Below, piece by piece: positions 50,581 to 64,000 of a stretch of 64,000 nucleotides of DNA. The first letter of the stretch is position 1; every line of letters starts with the position of its first letter. The notes below the pieces were generated by a model, which worked only from the letters and a program-made list of their open reading frames with translations, ran no database searches and had not been told where the DNA came from. The translations under genes were made by a program, and so were the position numbers. The stretch comes from Guillardia theta CCMP2712 (taxonomy: Eukaryota; Protista; Cryptophyta): the NCBI RefSeq assembly GCF_000315625.1, contig NW_005434543.1, forward strand, positions 117,445-181,444. Reading direction: 5' to 3'.

Positions 50581-51585
50581 ATGGAGGGAGGGAACGAATC
50601 TTGCTCGGTTCTGATCAAGTCAGACCCGCCATACATTGTCAAGCAAGTTTCACCGTCATGGACAACTTTCTTTGGGTTTAAACAAGATTTCGTGGTGGGC
50701 AAGTCGTTGAAAATATGTCAAGGGCCGTCGACGAATTTCCAGATGTTGCAGGAGATGATAGAGACTGCGATAAAGAAGCCTGGGGAGTGTCCGATGAGTC
50801 TGTTGACCTTGTACGACCAAGCGGGCGACGAGGTCAGCCTGAATGTGCGGGTCAGTCTCGCAGGAGAGGAGGAACCCAGCAGGTATAACGTGCTGCTGTC
50901 CATGTTCGAACCTCGCCTGGACGCGCCTGATCACGATGCTGGGAGCGTGTTCGATTGCTTGACCGCATGCCGGGCCCTGCAGAGTCGGGCGGGGAGTCTG
51001 ATGAAGCAAGGGGAAGCAAGCAAGGACACGCTGGATGGATACCTTAGGACGTTGGAAGCCAAGGACAACGAGCTGCACATGATCGAACTCGATCTGAGAC
51101 GCGCCAAGGACGAAGTCGCGGCGAAGGTGAAGGTCGTGCGGGATGAGCAGACGTTGATCGGCGAGTATCAAGCGAGGGCTGAGGAGCTGTGTGCTGAGTT
51201 GCAGCTCATGGAGCGAGAGGGCAGCAGCGCGAGTCTGCACGGTGAGAAGCTTCGAGCCATCTCGGAGGAGCTTCAGAGTTTGAGTCTCGACCCCTGTGAA
51301 CCTCCCTTCGGCGAGGGCGAAGTTTCCGCCCCCGCCCTCCGTGCTCGTGCTGAGGAGATCAGGGAGAGAATAACTCGCCTCCTGTGGGGGGCGGCACTGG
51401 AAGACTGCTTCTCTGACGCCTCCACCATCTCTAGCGGTTCCATGTCCTCCACGAGCTCCTTCGACTCTTACTCCTCCTCGAGTTCGCTCTCGTCCTCGAG
51501 CACTTCAGGAAGCAGCCAGAATCGCGCGTTGCTCGCGCATCTCAAAGCCATGCGTAAGTTCCGGAAAACTAGTGAGAAAGCGTGA
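50581..51585 (+). CDS. PAS-domain protein with coiled coil and Ser-rich tail
   Basis: PPYIVKQVSPSWTTFFGFKQDFVVGKSLKICQGPSTN...LTLYDQAGDEVSLNVRV is a PAS/PAS_9-like pattern. Confidence 0.75.
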   Translation: MEGGNESCSVLIKSDPPYIVKQVSPSWTTFFGFKQDFVVGKSLKICQGPSTNFQMLQEMIETAIKKPGECPMSLLTLYDQAGDEVSLNVRVSLAGEEEPSRYNVLLSMFEPRLDAPDHDAGSVFDCLTACRALQSRAGSLMKQGEASKDTLDGYLRTLEAKDNELHMIELDLRRAKDEVAAKVKVVRDEQTLIGEYQARAEELCAELQLMEREGSSASLHGEKLRAISEELQSLSLDPCEPPFGEGEVSAPALRARAEEIRERITRLLWGAALEDCFSDASTISSGSMSSTSSFDSYSSSSSLSSSSTSGSSQNRALLAHLKAMRKFRKTSEKA

Positions 51586-51622
51586 GAGGGAAGAGCTTGG
51601 GCTGGAGCAGGACTATTTTTTA

Positions 51623-54624
<3,002 letters not shown>

Positions 54625-54779
54625 GCAAGTGTCATGCAAGTGAAAGCACACTGACGAGTTCCCATCTTTACACATCGCTTGCTTCTGCTCTGCTTCTACC
54701 CCCGTCGCCTCTTTCTCCCTCCCTCCTCCTCTCCTCTCCTCTCCTCCTAGTTCCATTAGATCTTCCATGGCCTCCTCTC

Positions 54780-55560
54780 TCGCTAACTTGCTGTCGCGGT
54801 TCTGCCCCGGCCGGGCCGGGCCGGGGGCCGGGGGCCGGGCGCGGCCCGGCGGCGGCCCAGGGCCCCCGGGTCCGGTCGGACCGTCCGACGGTCACCCGGT
54901 GGCACTCCGCACGTGGGCGGTGATCACTGGCAGCGGCCAGTCAGGAGTGATCGGCCGTTTTGCTCAAGACCGAGTTTAATGCACACAAAACCAGAATTGA
55001 GGAGCACATGGAAGATAGATTGTATGCTAGGATGTCGGAAACCCAAGCATCCAGACAGTAAGTCGTCTTGGTTTACAGAAGAGTATTTGTTAACTCGGCG
55101 CTATCTGACTGGCACGGCTGGCATACGTTCCTACACTGTCAGGTGACCGGACGGTTGTACAGTACTCCGACCGTACGGCGATGCTCAGTATGGCAGGCTC
55201 AGTACCGTAGTACCGGGTAACTTGCCAACGGAAAGTCACCATTTCAAGTTGGCAGCCTGGCACAACGCCGGGAGTCCGAGTCGGACCCGGTACTACGCCA
55301 GGCCCTCATGATCGGACCGTGATGAAAGTTCAGTGATTGTATAATACTTACAGCCCAGGCGGCCGGGCCCGGGCCGGCCTCCGAGCGGTACGGTCCGTGC
55401 CCGTCGGTAGCCGGCATGACTCACGTCTCCATCTGTTGAAAAGACTCGATTTCGATGGGGTTATGCCGATCTCGTATGGTTGAAAGACTTCATTTCGATG
55501 GGGATATTTCATTCGAGGTAGGGGTAGTTTCCCCTCATTCTAGAGCTTCTTGGGGTGGGG
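54780..55560. promoter_or_regulatory. Two CCGG/GGCC cores flanking a dispersed-repeat remnant, between divergent genes
   Basis: Cores at 54805-54900 and 55355-55415; repeat at about 55000-55127. Confidence 0.4.
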
Positions 55561-56237
55561 TGGCGGGGCAGAGTTATTGCAAGCTCTGATTGGCCCTCCC
55601 CCAGCAAGTTCCCCGCTCCCCATGCCGCCTCCCGCTCCTCGTCCTGCAGTCTACGTTCAACCTCGTCCAAGAGAAATCTTCTGCTCCTCTGCCCTACCAA
55701 GCGTAGAAGTATCTCCGACGGTCTTGGAAGCCTTGTTTCATCTCCGCCAGGAAGACGCTGCTTCTGCCCTGGTAGGCCACCTTGAGTTCTGTTGTGGCGC
55801 TGACTTGTTGGTCATGACATCAGGGCATATCACTCACAAGCTTCAAGAGCGCATGCCGAAAGATAGGAGTGTCAAGATGGCCATACGATCGATGGGAACC
55901 AGCAGACGACGACAGCTTGCGGAAGCACAGGAGGAAAAAGCGAGCAAGCAGGAAGATCAAGGAGGAGGCGAACGCAAGTCCGAAGGATGGAGACGAGGCT
56001 GAGCCCGTTGCTCTGCTTCCATTCGACTCAGTCGCAGCAAAGACTCAAGGGGAGGAAACAGAGATCGAAGACGGCTCGAGCACAGATTGGTTGCAACAGA
56101 TTAACGAGAGTTCAATAGAAGCAGAGCAGTGTGGCTTGAGCGCCGAGTCCTGCTTCTTTCAAGACGACCTTGTCTTCTATCCCATTTCCCAAGAAGACCG
56201 TGATCATCAATGGATGCGATACTTCCTGCAGAGCTAG
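55550..56237 (+). CDS. Hypothetical small protein; start uncertain
   Basis: Open exon peptides with a GT-AG intron at about 55772-55821; last exon ends ...WMRYFLQS*. Confidence 0.4.
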
Positions 56238-56464
56238 ACCCAATGTCTAAGAACTGCGTAGCTCTCAACCAAACAATATTTCTATTTCGTGTGCTGACCA
56301 TATCTAGTAATCTCTCAAGTCTTGTGTTTGTTGTCGCATTTCAATCTCAACAAGATCTTTGTCTCATGCTGTGTATAAACCAATGAATATTCTTCTAGCT
56401 TAACTGTAACTTCTCGCTCCCCTCTCGTTCCTCTTCGTGCTCGCTGCTTCGTGCTCACTGGATA

Positions 56465-59400
56465 TCAGTCGACCCATGTTGGCAGGGGCATGGGGTAGTA
56501 CTGGTACCTGCAGGCTGCGGTCACTATCACCTCCTCCTCTCCTCCCACAAACCTCTCGAAGTAGCTCAGGTAGTCATCGATGGCCTTGCGTCGCATGAGG
56601 AAGACGATGCCCCGGTCTTTGTACGAGAAATCTCCTGCTCTCAATCAGCCCTCTCCAGTCAACGTCGCATCCTCCATACCAACAGCCATGAGGTCGCCCG
56701 AGTCTCGTCCCGTCCGCTTGTTCGCTCGATCCGTACTCACTGGGTTGCCCCACAGCGGCTTCCCGGTCACGTCGTTGCCTAGTGCTCCGCCAGACGTCGA
56801 ACCGTCTGGAGCCAAGGTGAAGGGGCAGGAGGGCGAGAATAAGAGAGAAGCGAGGGAGGGGATGAGAAGGCGAGGACGGCTCGAGGGAGCAGGAGCTACC
56901 TCCAGGCCGGAACTTGCTGCCCTTCTCGTTTGTGGCTGGGAGGTACTGTGAGGCGAAGGAGCGGGCCTGTATGAGGGTCAGCTCTTGGACCCCCAGCCTC
57001 CTCGTGGGTCCGCGCCTGCTTCAGGTAGTCGACGCTGACTGGGTCCACGTCCCCCGTAGGACCCGCACACGCAACCTCAGTGCAGGGCCCCTGGTTGCAA
57101 ACTCCGTTGGAGTCCACGTAGTTGGGACAGAGCTGGGCAGCTGCGGTCAGGCGTGCGGAGGGATCGCCAGGCGGCCCCTCACCTGATAGGTCGAGCGAGG
57201 GATGGAGAAGTAGCCCGCGTAGACTGTGCTGGAGGTCGAGGGAACCCACGCGCCTCGGACAGACTCGGACAAGCTGTACTGATAGTCCGACTTGGACATG
57301 TCGTGAAGCGTGTTCCATCGACTTCGACACGAGCAGTCTTGCGCGTAGACGCCTGGGTCCGTACTGCAGTAGGGCAGACCAGTCGAGCTGCACAGGCACG
57401 ACCCGTTGCTCGGCAGGTTGATCCCTCCCCCGCAATACCCGTAAGGATCGTATGCATCCCCACCCGCTGCGGTGCCGTCGTTGGTCCCCTCGAACATCCA
57501 TCTGTTGTGTCAAGTCAGCACGGAGGAGCAGGAGGAGCAGGCGTACCGCACGGGCTCGTACCCGTAGGCGCTTGACAGCGAGGTAGTCGCGAACCGATAC
57601 TTGTCGACTCTCTTGGCACTGCCCAGGTCGAGGATGAGAGGAGTCAGCTCGTAGTAGTCGCAGGTGGCCCCGTTGTTGGACTGCTCGTAGAAGGAGGAGG
57701 ACCCGCAGCTCACGGAGTTGGAGTCGCAGTACTGGCCAGGGAGGGAGGGGCAGGAGATCTCCGAGCCGGGGGACGAGGGGCAGTTGTCTATCGCCAAGTT
57801 GGGCGAGTTGGACAGCACGGGCTTCACCGTTTGCGAGGTCACGCTTGACGAGACCGGGGCAGGAGCGTAGGGGTTGGTGGCTGCGGAGACTGACAGCCGC
57901 TGCGGGGGCTGGGTCGAGTCGCTCGCGTCTTGGAACAGCTGGATCTCCTGGATCGACCAGCCGCCTGCGATGCAGCAGCCGGTGCAGGCAAAGCCCGGGC
58001 TGTACCAGCGCGACGTCCAGCCGCTGGTCGCCTTCATGACACGGAGTCGATAGTAGCGGTAAGAGGCTGCGGGAGGAACGATCCAACTGCGTCGACACGC
58101 CGTCGGGTTGTTGCCGGTAGAGCTGAAGGCCCCATACCCCTGCCCGCTGTACCCTGAAGTGTATCCGGCTTGAGCGTAGCCTGTCCAGTACTGCCCTTGT
58201 TGGATGCAGTCGATGACCGCCAGCTTGTTCGTCCCGTCGTAGTGCAGCACGCGAGCAGACTGAGCGACGCCCACGCCCGATGTGATGGCCACGTACCAGT
58301 TGCGGTAGACGTTGTCAGTGGAGGAGGCCAGGCTGTCAAGAGTCAGGGTGGCGCAGCGGCGGAGGATGCCTCCCTGCTGGATGCTGATGGAGGCCTGAAG
58401 CTTCGCGTCGAGCTGCGCAGAGGCAGAGATACCAGAGTTCAACACCCCAGTGTCGGAGATGATGTTGATCGCCGCGCCTACCGCATGAGCAGCAGCGACT
58501 GAGCCAGACCTCGCTCGCCGAGTCGTCAGGTTGTTCCCCTGGACTCCCACCACCTCCAGGATCTCGTCGTCTATCAGGATGTACGACCCGCTCGCGATGT
58601 TTGACGCGTCGGCTGCCACTACGGTTGTGAACCCCTGGCAGTCAGTCACCTGCGAGGGGTACCCGTACCAGGGGCCGTTGGTTCGAACCTCGTAGCGCGA
58701 CGTCGTCGTCGGGTAGGCGCCGAAGCTGCTGGAGACGGTCACGAAGCGATCGGCGTTGTAGCCAACGATGTCGCGGACGTCCGTGAGGTTGTAGGAACCC
58801 ACGCCCGAGGATGGAGACGTGGTGGTCGTCAGCTGGAGCGAGAACCCGATGTAGATGCCGTCAAAAGGCGCCGCCGAGCTGTCGAGTTTCATCACAGTAG
58901 AGCTCGCGACTGCTGTGATGGTTCCTGAGTCGATGACGCCCCCGGGACAGCTAGCGGGCAGAGCGACTTGCAGGGTCGTCGAGTAGATCCACTGCATGGT
59001 TGTTGCCAGCCCTTGCGCTTCGCCTCCTAGAGTACCAGCGTACCACGAGCACAAGAGCCCGCTGCTGCACTCGCAAGCAGCCGAGCAGTAAGCCCCCAGG
59101 TTGTCTTGACCGTCATGGCAGTTTCCCGCCCACGTCGATGAGGCCTGTTGGTCTCCGAGCTGGCAGTCAGCGTCAGCGTAGCAGCTCTGACCGTTGAGGT
59201 ATCCTCCGTTGCAGTAGCAGCCCGTCGCTTCGGTGCTTGACTGCACGTACCCGCTGACGCCGGGCAGTCACGCGTCACCGTCACGCGTCACGATCACGTT
59301 CCTAGTCGCTCACCTGTTGTCTGTCGGGGGGCACCTGAAGTTGTCGTCGCAGTGCTTGCGGTGCAGGGCCCACTCGTTGTGGAACTCGCTCCCGTACCCG

Positions 59401-62400
59401 AACTGACTGCTGTTGTACCTGCTCCTCCCGTCAGACCCTCTCCAGCCTCGCGCTGCCTCTCAGTGACCCTTTGCCGGTTCCCGACGGCTGTTCCCCGGGC
59501 CCGAAGACGTAGCCGGGTTTGTTGCGGACGTAGACGTAGAGCTCGTCGGCGTAGAGGAGGCCGCGGGAGACGAGGAGACACGAGGAGCTCGAGTTGAGGT
59601 ACGTCTCGCAGGTGCTCAGGTACACCTCCCGTAACGGCTCACTCAACGGCGGGGCTCAGGACCAGCTCACCTGACGACCGAAGTAAGTGTCCGGGCTCTC
59701 GTCGATGGCGGAGATCTTCTCCGTGTGCCAGCAGTAGTACTGGATCAGGCTGGTCGCATGCACCGACACCCACGGCACCTCCCTTCCGTTGTACTCCACC
59801 TTGCCGCAGGTCTCAGCTGGGGTCACTGGGTACTCGTGGGGCCTCCCCGAGCTGAGAATCCCCTTCACTTGCCCCCACACATTGGAGCAGTTGAGAGGCG
59901 AGTAGGGGGCGCCGCATGCTGCCCCGCTCGTGGCGTACTGGCTTCCATTCATGCAGCACAGGTTCTGCTGGAAAAGGTACACTGACCCGTGGTTCCGGCT
60001 GTCGTACGACTGCCCTGCACAAGGTGTCAGCCGTTCCTGGCGTCTCCTTGCCGCTACCGTAGGTGACTGAGCTCGTGTCCCCGATCGCTCCCACCGCGAG
60101 GATGTAGTCCTGAGCCAACGTCACCCACCCCCTCCAGCAAGCCGGTCCAACTTCTTCGTTGGCGTCCCAGAACACGGACACCGAGGCCCCGAACTGTTGG
60201 TTGTCCCGGCAGCAGGTCCACAGCAGCACGTCGATGTTCTGCCCCCCGCATGTCGTCGTGCATTTGCCTGTGCCTGGACACTGAGGGTGCATGAGCTCAG
60301 GCACGTCCCTCCCGCTGCTGGGGAGACGCACCTGGGCATCGGACACGCAGCTGTTTCCCCCGTTGGATCCTCCCGAGCAGATCCCTCCCGCCAGGTTGCA
60401 GTCGCTGTCGCTCGTACACATCACTGACCCGTCGGTCCCGCACACCCCCTGCACGCTGTTTCCGCACCATCGCCCCCCCAGGTGCTCGTACCCTACCACC
60501 CGTCAGGCCCTTCCCCCCTCCCTGCTCTCTCACCGAGCTCGTTGAACCCTCCCGTCGGTTGCGGCACAACCTCATTCACGTACATCCACTGCCGCCATGC
60601 CCGTCAGAACCCTGCTACCCTCCCTCCCCCCCCCTCCTTTGCCCTCCCATCGCCAGCACCTTGTTGTCTCCGTAGTTGCGGTACAGGAAGACCTTCCCCG
60701 CGTTTTGCTCGAGGGACCAGAGGGTGCAGTAGGAGCCGTCCTGGCATCGGTTGACCTGGCAGTAGTCGCTCCCCGCACAGTCGGAGTCGCTCAGGCACTC
60801 GCTGCGCGATATGTTGCACCTCCCGCACGTGCTGCCGTCGTAGCAGCGGCCTTGGCATCGGTTGTTGCCGTTACAGTGAGGACAACCCACGGCGATGTAG
60901 TCCTTGCTGATCGAGACGCTGATCCCAAACAACTGCGAGAGAAGCTCAGGGCAAGGAAGGGAGGGAGAGAGAGGAAGGGAGGGGAGAGAGATGGGGGGAG
61001 AGGAGGGAAAAGAGCGGGGAGGAAGGAGGCGGGGAGGAAGGGAGGGAGGGGAGGGGGCAAGAGGGAGGGGAGTGTAGGGGGAGGGATGTAGGGGGAGAGA
61101 TGTAGGGGGAGGGTCTTCAACCTGATTGTTGTGCGTCATGTGAGTACTTTGGCTCATTCCGAGAGCCTTGTTGGTACATATGACGCAGGATGCCCCCGGG
61201 CAGTGCCCGTTCCCGTAGGCGTCAGTCTCTGATCCGCTAGAGCACGCCGAGGTGTTGGGACTTTGATTTCCTGCATGGTTTGAAGTGAGCATGAGGGAGG
61301 TACAGGAGTCAGGAGGAGGATGCTCGTCTCATCTCACGCATCAGCTCAGCTTCACCTGGTGTTGTCACAAACTTCGCGACTTGTCCCCACTGGTTGGTCC
61401 CCCCGAAGTCTTTCTGGAAGACATACACGGCCCCCCCGTTAGAGCAGTCTCCTGCTTCTCCTTCCCGCACTCCGAACACATAGTTCGTGCCGCATCGTCC
61501 CGGCACCGTCTGCTTCGGCGCTCCCACCACCAGCGTGTCTGTCTCACCGTCGAAGTCGATGGTTGCTCCGAACCTGTCCCCGTCCGACAAGTCGCTAGGC
61601 TGCAGCTTCACTCGCTGCCCCCAGAACTCACTCCCGCGAACGGTGAAAGGAACTGTGTATCTGCATGTGCCGTTGGACGGGCAGGGATCGCTCGACGTGC
61701 AGGCTTGCCCGTCCTCTGATGAGTTTGTGCAGTCTGTGCAGAACCCTCTGTTGGTTTTGCAGATGAAGCCCTCGCTTTCGCAGTATGTGAACTCCTGATT
61801 CGAGTCAGGATAACCTGATCCAACACACTCAGCGATCGATGTCTGCTTGACAGTCTTGCATGTTACCTCCATAAGTTCCAGTGTCTGCTGTGTCACTCCA
61901 CCGGTAGTACGGAGACGTGACGTAATCCATCTCAAAGATGTAAACTGCTCCTTTCCCAGGAACGTTGCAATACCCTACATGATTGTCAATCCTTCTACAT
62001 TGACTGCGATGAAATTGAATGAAGAAACCTCCTGGGTTTGCCGCGCTATCTTGACATGTTGAATAATCTGCTCCCACAACCAAGTGATTCCCATGAAGAA
62101 CCAATGTCCTTGAGCGTGAGGAGTCAAACTCATTCACATACATATCACATCCCTCTCTCTCTCTTCTCACCTGCCGAACCTGTCTCCGTAATGTGCATCG
62201 TCAGCAAGAACACGCCATATGCTACTCTGAACTTGTCCCCAACCATAGATCTGAGAGGGATTTGACGGAGCTGGGTCAGGTGTCCAAGTTGGAGTGTAAG
62301 GATTGGGAGGAGGCTGTAGAGGAGGAGGAGGAGGAGGAGGAGGAGGAGGCTCAAAGAGGATCTCTGACGTGAGAGGAGGGAGGAGGAGGAGGAAGAGGAG

Positions 62401-62421
62401 GGCAGCGGTAGCAACTGCCAT
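56465..62421 (-). CDS. Large secreted Cys-rich protein: FG-GAP beta-propeller blades, CxxDxDC repeats, discoidin/F5-8-like domain, phage-structural-like repeats; multi-exon
   Basis: Signal MAVATAALLFLLLLLPPLTS. FG-GAP: GDRFGRTLVLHGNHLVVGA, GDRFGATIDFDGETDTLVVGAP..GAVYVF, FGISVSISKDYIAVG, FGASVSV..ILAVGA. Discoidin-like: YRYYRLRVM..WSIQEIQLF, LDLGSAKRVDKYRF..WMFEGTNDG. Confidence 0.8.
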
Positions 62422-62449
62422 GGGCCTTATCTGTACGGATACGTTTTTA

Positions 62450-64000
62450 CTCAATTAGCGGCAAGTTGAAGCTGTAAAACAAAAAAAGAACCGGAATTGC
62501 AGAGGGAAGAGTGAACGAAATAAATGGAGGGAAAGAGGAGAGGAGAGAGGAGAAGAGAGTTAGAAAATCTATTTTGTCAACACGATGCTCGTTAATTCTC
62601 TGGGGGAAGAGCAAGAGAAGCTAATAGCGACCTCATCAGGTCATGTATTCACGATAGGCCTGAGGAAGAACAAGAGGAAGAGAAGCGATAATCTTATCTA
62701 TCGCAGAACAGTACCCTGAGGCAGGTTCAAGCTGAAGATTACAACTGACCCCCCAATGGCGAGGTTCTCGTTGAAGGATCCAACGGCAAAGTCAGGCTAC
62801 AGAGAAAATGTCAAACTACGACAAGAGCATGAGAGGAGAGGAGAGGAGAGGAGAGGAGAGGAGAGGAGGGGAGGGGAGGGGAGGGGAGGGGAGGAGGAGG
62901 AGGAGGAGGAGGAGGAGGAGGAGGAGGAGGAGGAGAGGAGGAGGAGGAGGAGGAGGAGGAGGAGAGGAGGAGGAGGAGGAGGNNNNNNNNNNNNNNNNNN
63001 NNNNNNNNNNNNNNNNNNNNNNNNNNNNNNNNNNNNNNNNNNNNNNNNNNNNNNNNNNNNNNNNNNNNNNNNNNNNNNNNNNTCCCATACACAAAATGCA
63101 AATATAAAAATAAAAAAAAATATAAAAATAAGAAAAAAAAATATGGCACGGAAAACCGCTAAGTTACAACGGGTCGCTTCATCCCCCGAGACTCGTATAT
63201 ATGACTTTTTTATATCTCAATTGACTAGCTCATTCCCCAGACCTTCATGCCCTACTTGTTGTTGTGGAGAGGAGAGGAGAGGAGAGGAGAGGAGGAGAGA
63301 TGAGGGGAGGAGAGGAGAGGAGAGACGAGGGGGTGAAGAGAGGAAGGGAGGGAAGGAGAGGAAGGGAGGGGGGTGGAGGCGATTGAACCAGGCTGTTGTT
63401 GTTCAGGTCAAGCGGGGAGGTGCTCAAGGATCGGATGAGGTTGTTGCCAGAAGGAACTGTCACATCAGTTTCGAGCTTGACTAAGGCCTGCCAAAATTTA
63501 GTATCTGCTCAAGGAGGAGGTGAGGAGAGGAGCAGAGCCAGTACGAGCAGGAGCAAGAGGAGAGACGAGGAGGAGGAGAAGGAGAAGGAGGAGGAGAGAC
63601 GAGGAGGAGGAGGAGGAGGAGGAGAGGGTGCAGGTACTTGAGCGCTTCCGTCGCGATTGAGCTTCACGACGTATAAGCTGCCTGCCGAACTTGAGCGACT
63701 GGCGACGACGAGATCGGTCACTCCGTCCCCGTTGATGTCTCCGACTTGCGTCATAGCGATGCCAAGGCCGAGCATGTCGGGAAAGGCCGAGGAGAGCGAG
63801 GACGCGGCGAGCTTGACCTCTTCCAACCGGTAGGATGTGCCATTGTTGTCAAGGAAGACGGCAAACAGCTTCCCAGCTCCCTTCGACGCCCCCACGCAAA
63901 AGTCAGGGACGTTGTTGGTGTCTAACCTGCCGAGAGGAGCGAGCGGGAGCCCAACAGCAGTGTCGCTGAGGAAGGCATCACTCTTAATCTCGAGGAACTT
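62450..64000 (-). CDS. FG-GAP (integrin-alpha-like) repeat protein, partial (5' end outside the window)
   Basis: GNLDTNNVPDFCVGASKGAGKLFAVFL and VGDINGDGVTDLVVASRSSSAGSLYVVKL are Ca-binding DxNGDG FG-GAP repeats. Confidence 0.75.

Overview
This is eukaryotic nuclear DNA, most likely from a cryptophyte of the Guillardia/Hanusia type. That is an inference from the short GT-AG and GC-AG introns with CTGAC branch sites, the purine/pyrimidine microsatellite-filled introns, and the bipartite plastid presequences with +1 Phe. It is a draft assembly with seven N gaps and apparent 1-nt indel errors. Recognisable genes: condensin subunit CAP-G, an MGDG synthase-like GT28, an intronless CLK/LAMMER-like kinase, CEP76, a plastid-targeted cysteine synthase, an LRR/ARM-like protein, an ARM-repeat protein, a TPR/IQ/coiled-coil protein, a PAS protein, and two FG-GAP (integrin-alpha-like) proteins. 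At about 33.1-40.1 kb there is a nested, scrambled cluster of a CRE-like non-LTR retrotransposon (RT plus restriction-like endonuclease) with a YADN catalytic motif. Most genes form tightly abutting convergent pairs. Almost every divergent or 5' gap carries a compositionally distinct island, with CCGG/GGCC palindrome-rich cores and/or GGGGT/TACCC-rich flanks. The most striking observation is that repeat copies lying inside these islands differ from their counterparts almost only by many short GC-rich, palindrome-forming insertions, which suggests a localized insertion-mutagenesis process at promoters. Gene boundaries were spliced by eye and are approximate.
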